Assembly (NCBI GenBank): GCA_030390025.1
Contig: JASTWF010001061.1
Location: 62,001 to 126,000 of the forward strand
Direction of reading: 5' to 3'
Length of the DNA: 64,000 nucleotides
Origin: Squalus acanthias
Taxonomy: Eukaryota
The notes beneath the pieces are model-generated. The model worked only from the letters and a program-made list of their open reading frames with translations, did not search any database and was not told the DNA's origin. The position numbers and the translations under genes are program-made. Numbering within the stretch: position 1 is the first letter of the stretch; each line of letters begins with the position of its first letter. Shown here in pieces: positions 26,922 through 38,768 of this stretch.

Positions 26922-27543
26922 TTTTTTTAATTTTTTTTATGGGATCAGGGCGTCGCTGGCAATGCCAGCCTTTATTGCCCATCCCTAGTTACCCTTGAGA
27001 AGGTGGTGGTGAGCCGCCTTCTTGAACCGCTGCAGTCCGTGTGGTGATGGTACTCCCACAGTGCTACTAGGTAGGGTATTCCAGGATTTTGACCCAGCGA
27101 CGATGAAGGTTCGGCGATATACTTCTAAGTCAGGATGGTGTTTGACCTGGAGGGGAACTTGGAGGTGGTGGTGTTCCCGTGTGCCTGCTGCCCTTGTACT
27201 TCTAGGTGGAAGAGGTCGCGGGTTTGGGAGGTGCTGCCAAAGAAGCCTTGGCGAGTTGCTGCAGTGCATCTTGTAGATGTTACACACTGCAGCCACAGTA
27301 CGCCGGTGGTGGAGCGAGTGAATGTTTAAGGTGGTGGATGAGGTGCCAATCAAGCGGGCTGCTTTGTCCTGGATGGTGTCGAGCTTCTTGAGTGTTGTTG
27401 GAGCTGCACTCATTCAGGCAAATGGAGAGTATTCAATCACACTCCTTACTTGTGCATTGTAGATGGTGGAAAGGCTTTGGGGAGTCAGCAGGTGTGAAAC
27501 TCTCCACGGAATACCTAGCCTCTGACCTGCTCTTGTTGCCACA
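26922..27543 (-). mobile_element. Family B LINE 3' fragment inserted into CR1 ORF1
   Basis: ORF 26985-27413 is nearly identical to 299-730. T-rich end at 26922. Host ORF1 resumes at ~27544. Confidence 0.9.
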
Positions 27544-28617
27544 GAATTGTGTTGCCTGCCCGGTGCCATGGTTAAAGATATCTCCTCGCGGCTGGGGAAG
27601 AATTTGGAGTGCGAGGGGGAGGATCCAGTTGTCGTGGTCCATGTAGTAAACAACGACATAGGTAGAATAAGGAATGAGCTTCTGCTGAGGGATTTTAAGG
27701 ACCTTGGATCAATATTAAAAAGCAGAACCTCAAAGTTAATCATTTCTGGATTATTACCTGAGCCATGCGCACATTGGCATAGGGACAAACAGATTAGAGG
27801 TTTAAATGCTTGGCTCAAAGAGTTATGTGGGAGGAAGGGGTTGCAGTTCATGGGGCACTGACACCGGTACTGGGGAAAGAGGGAACCGTTCCTTTGGGAC
27901 GGTCTCCACTTAAACCGGGCTTGCACCAGTGTCATGCCGAACGGAATAACTAGAGCAGCAGACAGGGCATTAAACTAATGAAGGTGTGGGTGGGAGGATT
28001 CGGGAAAGAGCGTATTTCAAATAGATAAAGAAAGGGAAAATCAAATATGAGATTAAACTAGCGAGAGACATAAAGACAGATTGTAAAAGCTTCTATAGGT
28101 ATGAAGAAAGGAAAAGATTAGCGAAAGTAAATGTGACTCTGTTACAGGATGAGACAGGAGAATTATAATGGAGAATAAGGAAATGGCTGAGGAATGAAAC
28201 AAATACGTTGTGTCAGTCTTCATGGAAGAAGACGCAAAAAACTTCCCGGAAATATGTGGAGAACCAAGGGTCTAGCGAGAATGAGGAGCTGGAAGAAATT
28301 AGTATTAGTAATAAAATATAATTGGACAAATTAAAGGGACTGAAAGCTAATAAATCCCCTGGAACTGATGGTCTACATCCTGGGGTTTTGAAAGAGGTGG
28401 ATATATAGATACTGGATGCATTGGTTGTCATTTTCCAAAACTCCATAGATTCTAGAACGGTTCCCGCAGATTGGTAGGTAGCAAATGTAATCCCACTTTT
28501 TAAGAGAGGAGGGAGAGAGAAAACGGGGAACTACAACCAGTTAGCCTGATATCAGTAGTGGGCGAAATGCTAGAATCTATTATTAAGGAAATGGAAACAG
28601 GGCATTTAGAAAATATT

Positions 28618-29380
28618 GGCCCAGAAATTTGACTCGGAGGCTTGCCGCGGGGGTAAGGATCGCGCGCGATCTTACCTACCATGCCTGCCTTTATGTTTCG
28701 GGCCCACACAAACGTCTGGTCCTGGGCCTCTCCCTGGTGCCGACGCGCAGTGTGTGCATGTCCCAGAGGCGCAGTTAGTTCGATGCGACCTCTGGGATCA
28801 CGTGGGCCATGGAGAGCCAATGGCAGCACACCATCTTTCATTCATAGTTTTTGACAGGAGAACTGTCAAAACAATGAATACAAATTGCCCCCAAAAGAAC
28901 AGCTAAACCTCAAATAAATTTAAAAAAAACCATCACATTAATAAAATAACTATAATTAAATAAATTAACCACTTTAAACAAAAATTTAAATTTTTGAATT
29001 TTTTTTAATTCTTTTTAAAAGTTATAAAAATAAACTTACCTTTCTTTAAAGTCTCTAAAAAAGATAAACCTGTTGAAAATTTTTTAAAATAATACTTAAT
29101 TAACTACTTACCTTGTTAAAAGGGGGTCTTACGCCTCCTTTTTTATGTGTAAAATCTTCAATACTTACCCTCGCGTTGAAACCTGAAAAAAAACCTAAGT
29201 GTGCTGCGTGCGCACAGCCTGTAGTGCGCACACGGTTCACTTCGGAACCGCCCCCTTAGCAATACCGGAAGTGCCGGTTTCCCGCCCATGCGCATTGCAT
29301 GCAGGAAACCGGCACTTCGGGACCGAATACGCGAGAGTACACAGTTCGTACTCTCCCGTATTCAGCCGAAGTTTTGGTCC
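28618..29380 (+). mobile_element. ~760-bp MITE-like non-autonomous DNA transposon, copy 1
   Basis: Imperfect TIRs ggcccagaaatt / aagttttggtcc with att/aat flanks. It interrupts the CR1 ORF cleanly and is homologous to 46654-48643 and 48696-49440. Confidence 0.8.
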
Positions 29381-30685
29381 AATAATGGGATTGGGCAGAA
29401 TCAACACGGATTTATGAAAGGGAAATCGTGTTTGACAAATCTGTTAGAGTTTTTTGACGCTGTAAATAGCTGAATAGATAAGATGGAAACAGTGGATGGG
29501 GTGTATTTGGATTTTCAGAAGACTTTTGCTATGGTGCCACACAAGAGGGTGTTAAACAAAATTAAGGCTCATGGGAATGGGGGTAATATATTAGCATGGA
29601 TTGAGGATTGGTTAATGGACAGAAAACAGAGAGTAGGAAAAAACGGATCATTTTCGGGTTGGCACGCTTTAACTAGTGGGGTACCGCAAGGATCAGTGAT
29701 CGGGCCTCAGCATTCACAATCTACATCAATGATTTGGATGAGGGGACTATATGTAATATATCCAAGTTTGCTGGGGATGCAAAGCTGGGTGGGAATGTAA
29801 GTTGTGGGGAGGATGCAAGGAAGTTTCAAGGGAATATAGACAGTCTAAGTGTGTGGGCAAGAACACGACAAATGGAATATACTGTGGAGAAATGTGAAGT
29901 TATCCACTTCGGTAGGAAAAATAGAAAAGCAGAGTATTTTTTAAATGTTGAGAGATTACAAAATGGTGGGGTTCAGAGGGACCTGGGTGTCCTTGTACAC
30001 GAATCACTGAAAGTTAGCATGTAGGTACAGCAAAAAATTAGGAAAGCAAATGGTACGTTGGCCTTTATTACAAAAGGATTTGTTTATAAGAATAAAGATG
30101 TCTTACTGCAGTTATATAGGGCCCTGGTGAGACCACACCTGGAGTATTGTGTACAGTTTTGGACTCCTTAGCTAAGGAAGGATATACTTGCCATAGAGGA
30201 AGTACAACGAAGGTTCACCAGATTTGTTCCTGGGATGGGGGGATTATCCTATGAGGAGAGATTGAGTCGACTAGGTATATATTCTCTGGAGTTTAGAAGA
30301 ATGAGAGGTGATCTCATTGAAACATACAACATTCTTACAGGGTTTGCCAGGGTAGATGTTTCCCCTGGCTGGAGAGTCTAGACCAAGGTGTCACAGTCTC
30401 AGAATAAGGGTTTGGCCATTTAGGATTGAGTTGAGAAGATATTTCTTCACTCAGAGGGTGGTGAATCTTTGGAATTCTCTACTCCAGAGGGCTGTTGAGG
30501 ATCTGTCGTTGAGTATATTCAAGACAAAGATCGATTTATTTTTGAATATTAAGGGAATCAAGGGATACGGGGATAGTGCAGGAAAGTGGGGATGAGGTAA
30601 AAGTTCAGCCATGATCTTATTGAATGGTGGAGCAGGCTCAAAGGGCCAAATGGCCTACTCCTGCTCCTATTTGTTATGTTCGTAT

Positions 30686-31460
30686 GTAAGGAGTCCACAT
30701 ACTCTTTGGAAAATAAGAGACTAAATGGGGTAGAATAGCAAATGGATCTAGGTGTAAACATTCACAGATCATTAAATACAGCAACACTGGTTAATAAGGC
30801 CATACAATCCTAACAAAGCACTGGGGTTAATTTCTTGATAAATACAATTCAAAAGCAGAGAAGTTATGTTAAACCTGTTTTGAACCTTGCTTAGATCACG
30901 CTTAGATTACTATGCACAGTTCTGTTCTGCATATTATAAAAACAAAGGATATAGATGCATTGGAAAGAGTTTTTTTTACAAGGATGTCACCAGACTGAGA
31001 GGTTATAACTATCAGGAAAACATGAATAGACTGGGGCAATTTACTCCAGAAAAGGGAAGACTGAGGGGTGAGCTGCTAGAGGTCTTTAAGATTATGAACG
31101 GGTTCGATAGAGTAGACTTATAGAAGATGATTCTACTTGTGGGGAATCCAAAACTAGGCGCCACAAATACAAGATAATCACTAATACATCGAACAAGGAA
31201 TTCAGGAGAAAGGACTTTACTGAGAGAGCGGTGAGAATGTGGAACTCGCTACCACGTGGAGTGGTAGAGGCCAATAGTATAGACGTATTAAGGTGAAGCT
31301 AGATAAGTACATGAGGGAGAAAGGAATAGAAGGATATGTGGATAGGGTGAGATGAAGCAAATAGAGTGAGGGAGGCTGGTGTGGAGCATAAACACTGGCA
31401 GGGGCCAGATGGGCCGAATGGGCCGAATGGCCTGTTTCTGTGCTGTAAACTCGATGTAAT
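30686..31460 (+). mobile_element. Older CR1 subfamily 3' fragment
   Basis: RSRLDYYAQF...LRGELLEVFKIMNGFDRVD and a 3' tail. Confidence 0.8.
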
Positions 31461-32615
31461 GCACCACGTGAAGATAAGTGTTCCATGTTGTAGTTAGTGA
31501 CGGGCCCAAAGCGTCCTTTACATAATTCAAGAAAGCTAACTCTCAGATAATGTTTCAATTTCATGGATTTATTTTCTTATTAGTAACCAGAATGATTTCA
31601 AATAACCAACAGCTTTATATCTCCATGTCTGTTACTCACTATCACCGAATTGAAATGTACGGTTTGGAGAATGTTTCTTTTGTTTTAGGGGTGGGGATGA
31701 ATTATTTTTCCCTCCTATACCGGAGGCAGTGACTCACTGTGGACTGCACAGGAACCAACTGACATCGGATAGAACACCTTTCAGTCTGAGTTTCATGGGG
31801 GAGCCCAGACACTGAGTCTTGGTTTGCTGGTAAAGTTCCTCTCCCGCACGGGGGTCGCACTGGCCATTTATGATGTGACTGGAAGGACTCTTCATACTTG
31901 TATTGAGCAAGGAAATCCCGTCCTTACTTCCTGGCCTCGCACGGTGCCCAGATCGGCAGGTTTAAAGATTAAAACACAGTCGGGGGCGGGAGGAGGGAGA
32001 AAGGTGTTAGATATACCTGTGGACTTTTGAGTTTTCCAGTGAATGAAGTACCCCTTTAAATAATATTAAATCCACCTTCCGTAATTGGTACAATGCGGCC
32101 AAGTTAACAACAAACTTTAATAATACCAAATTTCCTTTAAAATCGGAAATCAAACATTGAGATCAGCCAGGGGGTCATTTAAACCGATCAAAATATCACA
32201 TCTGTTGAACACCGTTATCGAGTCCCAGAAACTTTTCCAAACACTGCCTTTATTTTATGTACATATCTGCGCGCCTCCAATTCTGGCCTCTTGCGCTCCC
32301 CCGATAGAGTAATGGCGGATCCAATAGTTTCCCAATGTTGCCTTCCAATTTCCTGGATCCGCTGGAGTTTCCAAGTATTCTATTTTAGCAAAACAGAGTC
32401 TGAAAGTACAGAAAGAAAGCGGAAGAAAGTAAATTCACCATTTAGAATACCATTGTCATTTCCGACTTGCACTTAAAGTCACTCTGTATACACAATGGAT
32501 GTAATGGAGCTGGGCTCGGAATGGTCGATTCCGTGATCCGACTGTGTAACATGTTGTGGATGCTTTAAGCAATGTGCTCTGTGCTATATTTGTTGTCGCT
32601 TGCGGTTTATGTGCA

Positions 32616-32664
32616 GGGACTTTCTGCTAACACTGCTAGTCTCTGAGTGACAGAAAACGAAACT
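32616..32664. promoter_or_regulatory. kB-like site plus consensus ISRE
   Basis: GGGACTTTCT at 32616-32625 (9/10 match to GGGACTTTCC) and GAAAACGAAACT at 32653-32664. Confidence 0.4.
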
Positions 32665-33129
32665 TTGTGGCTTTAGTTTCTGCCGAACTGGACAGACACC
32701 CGCGTCCCTTCAACAAAGCTGTTTCCGTTACCGAATTCACAGTTCCGCATTTTCAGTCTTCCAACCACGAGAAGATAGCTGGAAATTCTTGAAACTTTTG
32801 CAATTTGCTCCATAACAGCAAAACAAGCAATGAACAAACAAACTGCAGTGAATATGTAATGTCTAATATTCCTTGTCTCAGGACTTGAGCTGTGAACAAG
32901 GTACATTTCCCGTTTGCCTTCATTCCGTGAATCCACACCATGACTAGACCCCGCCATGCAGTCAACTGCAATGGAGAACCTCTCCTCTCCATGTTAAAGG
33001 GCACAGTTCCATGTACCAGCATTATTCCTTAACAGTTTTGGTATTCAATAATCTGCACCAAAGCCTTACCAGGTACAGCAATTCTACGTCCAGTACAAGT
33101 GCCGAATCTTTACAAGTGCAGAGACAACT

Positions 33130-33300
33130 GGACAACTTTGGCGGTGGTCATTGAAGTCCCCACTCAGCGTACATTCTGCGTCCGTGCTTCCCTGAGCGTT
33201 TCCTCCAAACTGCCTTCAATATGGAGCAGTACTAAATCTTCAGTTAATGGAGAGTGGTCTGTTTCGGTAGGTGGGCTCCAGCAGGACCATTCCTTCGTCT
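33130..33300 (-). mobile_element. Ancient LINE endonuclease fragment
   Basis: The minus strand aligns by eye with 17540-17680 (cctgctg...cacctaccg...agtact...ttgga...gcagaat...tggggacttcaatg). Confidence 0.55.
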
Positions 33301-34222
33301 TGCTTGTCCGAAATCCATACGATATTTGTGATCGAGTATTTTTGTGTGAGGAATGGGGTGGTGTGAAAGAGAACGATTAGAAACACTCACGGGGGACCCA
33401 CGTTCAAAACACAACTCGAAGAATGGGAATTTCAGATCAGTCTGTTAAGGGGTCATACTGCCCCACAGGTTGATTTCATATCAGTGTGTTATGGGGTCAC
33501 ACCGCCCCACAGGGTGATTTCATATCAGTCTGTTAAGGCTACTTTCAAGACTGCAGTATAAAATTTTAAAGTAAGTCAGAAGACACAGATTTAGGTTAAT
33601 GGCTTGGTAATTGAAAACAAATATTAGGAGCAACTTTCCTCAAGGATGATAAAAGCTACGATGAATTCCTCAGTAGGAAAGCATGGTGTTCCCAATGAAG
33701 TTCCAATCTACTGGGACAGTCCTAACCCCGGAGGGATGAGTTGCAATGGGCCCAATGGCCTTTTCTTGTAGAGAAAATGTAAACTATGTTTTATCACAAT
33801 AAAGATTTGTCACTGGTCGTCCAGGTTTCTTCAATATTAGTTCAGGAAACATCATTGAGAAAAACCTGGCAAAATGTAAAGAAAAACATTCCCCGCTCAC
33901 TGATCGCTACATTTGTATGCTGGGAAATTAGGCCTAGTTAACAATCCCAGATTGAACCGTCGCCATCCAACTCAAAGACAAAGCTTCTGAAAGAGGATGA
34001 GGCCTTCAGGTAGACAGTTTGAGGAAGGCATTAAAAGATGCAAAAGACCATTTACTGGATATAATTAATGATTGTATTGTAAAATATAATCGTTGACGTT
34101 TTAAAATGTAATCTCTTATTGTGGACAATAGAACGTTCAGACAACAGCGATTGGGAAAAAAACCCACACAAAGATGTTTGAGTGATTTGTGGGAACCCGT
34201 GGCCAGATTTCATAATTTCAAA

Positions 34223-34372
34223 NNNNNNNNNNNNNNNNNNNNNNNNNNNNNNNNNNNNNNNNNNNNNNNNNNNNNNNNNNNNNNNNNNNNNNNNNNNNNN
34301 NNNNNNNNNNNNNNNNNNNNNNNNNNNNNNNNNNNNNNNNNNNNNNNNNNNNNNNNNNNNNNNNNNNNNNNN
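34223..34372. other. Assembly gap
   Basis: Run of 150 N. Confidence 1.
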
Positions 34373-34520
34373 TGTCATTTTATCTTCTCAGGAAACGTGT
34401 ATTAATTTCCACTAATTTAATATTTCTGATGTCAGAATATAAGTTCAGATTCTTGCACAAATTGCTCAGTGAACTGATTTCTAACACTTGATGTTATACC
34501 AATATATTATGGTGTTCTAG

Positions 34521-34780
34521 ATTCTCACTCTTTGATGCATCACTACACAGTGAACCATGGGAGTTCTCATCTTCCGGACTATAGTAAAATGGAGATTGTG
34601 GATGGCTGTGAGATAGACTATTGTGACAGCAATATGTGCATAACGGTTCCAAGGAATCAGTGGATGGTGACTTTCTGTGACACCAGTTACTGTGAGGAAC
34701 TCACAATTACTCTAGCCAGTTTCCACGGAGTCAGAAAGGGCAAGTTTCCAGAACGTTACAACAGATGAACCTCAGTTCAA
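34521..34780 (+). pseudogene. Orphan MHC class I alpha1 exon, paralogous to 45214-45474, with a 1-nt deletion
   Basis: ttctag acceptor and gtaagt donor. Encodes (D)SHSLMHHYTVNHG...DGCEIDY...ITVPRNQWM. It is 260 nt versus 261 nt for the intact copy; the frameshift near 34748 gives TGA at 34766-34768. About 51/87 identities by manual count after restoring the frame. Confidence 0.88.
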
Positions 34781-34949
34781 GTAAGTTGATTTGTAAAAAA
34801 ATCCCCCTGGATCCACCTGGTGAAACGCACAGCCCACAATCCCAGTTGAATTATATTATTTACTGTTGCCTATTCATTCAGCTGTACCAGAGAACTATGA
34901 AAGCAGTATTTTGTAAATACATTAGCAATGTTCCAGAACGAGTGAGGGG

Positions 34950-35285
34950 GATAATACAGTAGCCTAGTGAAGGTAGTACTGGACGAGCATCGGAAAGGTT
35001 TTGAGTCCAAATTCCAATATGGGAATTTGTAAAATTGAAAGCAGTAAGTCTGATAATTTGTGGGCTACCACCAAGACAAATGACCACGGAAGCTGGCGGA
35101 TTATCATAAAAACCGCACTGTTTCACTAATGTCTTACAGAGAAGGAGACCTGACACTCTCTATCTGGTCTGGCCTACAAGTGATGCTATCCCACCCAACA
35201 TAGCTGCTCTTAATGCAGTCAAGGCAAGAACGAATGGACAATAAATGCTGGCTTGACTGAGTCGGTCACATAGGAAGAACAAATC
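34950..35285 (+). mobile_element. Degenerate SINE of the 15345-15665 family
   Basis: Shared body (cactaat...agagaagg...tctggccta) and tail caataaatgctgg. Confidence 0.55.
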
Positions 35286-36059
35286 ATAACATCTTATAAT
35301 ACGCTTGCAGTTATATATATTACTGGTTTACTGATTTAGTAGCCGTTTCTTTGCATATTTGATGAATAGTTGTAGTTTAGAGACATTTAACAATCATTTA
35401 ATGAATGATACTTGTGCCTTGATAATTCTTCGTGTCTGTCTCAAGCCTAACCAAAACCGACTAGATCTAATCTACAGTGTCTACACTCTTAGTTTTTTTT
35501 TCCATCTCTAGACATTATTAGTTATAATAACTACAGGAATCAGAAATCACATCTCAGTTCAACATTGGGCAGGGAAGCGAACACACTATGCAGAGGTCTG
35601 CCCAATCTTCCCTCCATATAAAGGAATGAATGGACAATCAGAAAGCTCCGTTTGGGGAAAGCGCTCTACTCCACCGGAGATTTTCTAGTATTGACTGCAA
35701 CAGACAATTCAACAGCTCCCAGGTGGAGAGACAGGAACATCTGGCCCACATCCATCGAATGTGAATGAAATAATCCATTAGGGGTTCCTGATGATACTTC
35801 TTTGCTGCATCTATAGGACTGATACTGAGGGGTTGAATTAGATGTCCATTACATGTTGCTTCATAAACAAACAGGAAAAAGCTTCATTTAGGCGGAACAT
35901 AAAGAACGGATTGGCTAAGTTTTGTAGTAAGTCTTGAAATTAAAGTTATGTCAGGTAAGCACTGTGACACCCCACTGGGACACCATCAGATATAATCTGA
36001 GATTATCTAAAATGTACAGAATCTATAGCACAGCGATAGTCATAACCTGAACAATTATG

Positions 36060-36482
36060 GAACTTTACAGCATAGGAGGAGGAGGCCATTCGGCCAATCT
36101 AGCCTGTGCCGGCTCTATGAAAGAGCTATTGAATTAGTCGCACTCCCCTGCTTTTTCCCCAAAACCTGCAATTCTCTTCCCTTCAAATATTTATACATTT
36201 CCCGTTTGAAAGTTATAATTGAATCTGCTTCCATCACCCTTTCATGCAGTGCATTCCAGATTACAGCAACTCACTTTGTAAAATAAACTCTCCTCATCTC
36301 ACCTGTGGTTCCTTTGCCAACTACCATAAATCTGAATCCTTTCATTACATGACCCTTCTTTCAGTGGAAATAGTTGCTCCTTATTTACTCTGTCCAATCC
36401 CTTCATGATTTTCATCAAGTCTATTACAGCTTAACCATCTCCGCTCGAAGGAGAACAATCCCAGCTTCTCTAGTCTCCCCAC
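36060..36482 (-). mobile_element. CR1 3' fragment
   Basis: Reverse complement of the CR1 3' region seen at 23400-23800. Confidence 0.75.
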
Positions 36483-36939
36483 AGAATCACTGACATAATA
36501 TTTAGTGTCACTGTTGCTATAGATAGTGGAAACAAATTAAATATCACGAAGTTGATGAGCAGGATGGAATATCAGACGAAGCCTTAGTGTACACATCTGT
36601 GTTCATAATTCTCTGTGTCCTTCTGACATATATTGCTTCCAGATAATGAATTACATCATCTGGTGGTAATTTTAACCTAACCCGGCAGGGACGGGGTGAG
36701 TTCGTGTCAGACGCCTGTTTCCCAGTCGCCAGATTTGAATTCAGTAGAAGAATTATAATAAAACACATTTGACTTGATTATTAAACGCTAGAAGTATATA
36801 GGTTGCAATATATAATTTACTCATTTTTGGACATCCCACTTTATGTCACTTAAATTAAATGTTTTCCAGTCACTTCACCATCGCCTGTTTTGCGCTGGGC
36901 CCGAGATCAATTTACTCCTGGAGAATATAATATAAAATT

Positions 36940-38512
36940 GTCAGCATGGGTTTGTAAAAGGAAGGCCACGTTTAACCAACCTTATTGAATAAGTTGAAGA
37001 ATTAATGGAAAGAATACACAAGGGCAATGCAGTAGGTGTGATCTACATGGACATTCAAAAGGCTTTCCATAAGGTGCTCGATAAGAAGCTCATGGCAAAG
37101 GTCAGAGCCTGTGGAGTCAGAGGTCAGGTATCAGACTGAATTGAAAGATGGTTAGAATACACAACATGGGTGTGGGTGATAAGGGAAGTTTCCCAGACTG
37201 TCAGCAAGTGGGAAGTGTTGTCCCGCGGGGATCTGTGCTGGGACCACTGTGGTCCACCATAAACATCAATGATTTGGACTCAGAGTGTCGATGTATGGGG
37301 GATGATTTTGAATTTGGTGATCAGCCATCCATTAGACATTTCCTGGGGGGTTTTCCCTCCTGCTGTGGAAATTTGCACACGATACTAATTGGGGTGCACA
37401 GCCAATAATGTGGAGACTGCACTAAAATACAAGAAGACACAAAAAGGCTCGCAGAGTGGGCAGATAAATGACAAATTAAATTCAATATGGCGAATAGTGA
37501 GGTGGTTATTTTTGGTAGGAGGAATAAGGAGTGTAATTATTCCTTGGAAGGTAAGAAAGTTAATGTGGTAGAAGAGCAAACAGATCTGTAAACACAGATG
37601 CACAAATCCTTTGAAGTAGCAACGGAAGGTGATACGACCATAAAAATTGCAAACAAAGTACTGGGGTTCATTTCGAGCAGAATATAACAAAACACTGGGA
37701 GGTAATGTTAGGGAAACTAAAACCAGGGGTCACAGTCTAAGGATAAAGGGGAAGCCATTTAAGACTGAGATGAGGAGGAACTTCTTCACCCAGAGAGTGG
37801 TGAATCTGTGGAATTCTCTACCACAGAAGGTTGTTGAGGCCATTTCGCTAAATATATTCAAAAGGGAGTTAGATATAATACTCACAACTAGGGGGATCAA
37901 GGGGTATGGCGAGAAAGCAGGAATGGGGTACTGAGGTAGCATGTTCAGCCATGAACGCATTAAATGGCGGTGCAGTCTCGAAGGACCGAATGATCTACTC
38001 CTGCAACTATTTTCTATGTTTCTATGTTTCTATGTAATGTTACATTGATACAGAGTCTTGGAAAGATCAGATTTGGAGCATTTTGGGCAGTTCTGGACTC
38101 CATGCTACAAAAAGGATATTGAAGCACTGGGGAACGTACAGAAAATATTTGCAAGATGTTATCAGAGTTGGGAGGACACAACTATGAGGATAGATTGGGC
38201 TGGGCTGGGGCTGGTTTCTTGTAGACACTTACAGATTAATTAAAGAATTTCGGAGGCATTTCCTTACACACAGAGTGCTGAGATGTGGAACTCGCTGCCA
38301 CGTGGAATGGTTCAAGCAGAGAGCATTGCTATATTTAAGAATGGGCTTGATACATACCTGAGGGAGGAGGGAATATAGGGGTATATAGGGGCAGAGTGTG
38401 AAGCAGTAATTAGATTAGGATATCACCCCTGTGGAGTATAAACACATAGATAGACCAGTTAGGCGAATGGCTTGTTCCTGTGATGAAGATTCTAACGTGT
38501 AATTCCATGTAA
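36940..38512 (+). mobile_element. Old CR1 remnant with a younger CR1 3' end (37711-38033) nested inside
   Basis: The inner copy ends in (tttctatg)n and is flanked by the 9-bp duplication gtaatgtta (37702-37710, 38034-38042). Confidence 0.8.
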
Positions 38513-38754
38513 TCGGCTCAAACAACAATGCAGAAGCTTGGTGGAGTCACGGTAGAGCAGTAGGTATCGGAGGAGTAATTGGATTCGCTCTGATATCAAA
38601 TCTGGTTCTGTACGAACATACAATAACAGAAAAATAAAGAAATACGTTTACAGTTTAAAGTGATCATGAAACGATTGTTGTGCTCTCAGGGAACTTGGAA
38701 GTTCTACAGAATCTTGAATTGAATAATTCTTCAAATGCAATGCTAATTCTTTCA

Positions 38755-38768
38755 GAGGAAGTGAAACT
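38755..38768 (+). promoter_or_regulatory. ETS-IRF composite (PU.1/IRF8-type) element
   Basis: GAGGAAGTGAAACT matches the GGAAnnGAAA consensus, about 2 kb upstream of leader exon A. Confidence 0.4.

Larger units (their letters stand above)
26150..30685 (+). mobile_element. CR1 LINE (ORF1 esterase + ORF2 RT remnant) carrying two nested insertions
   Basis: ORF1 CRNCSMWE...LRVFELESEVQTL and CCLPGAMVKDI...VVVHVVNND; RT motifs YLDFQK and GVPQGS; CR1 tail at ~30650-30685. Confidence 0.88.

Noticed and set aside
32572-32646. Signal-peptide-like ORF MCSVLYLLSLAVYVQGLSANTASL* as leader for the orphan alpha1
   Set aside because: No consensus phase-1 donor before the stop, and no resemblance to the two 52-nt leaders.
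36542-36646. Short hydrophobic frame (ALVYTSVFIILCVLLTYIASR) as a TM exon
   Set aside because: The nearest acceptor puts it out of phase, and there are no preceding a2/a3 exons.
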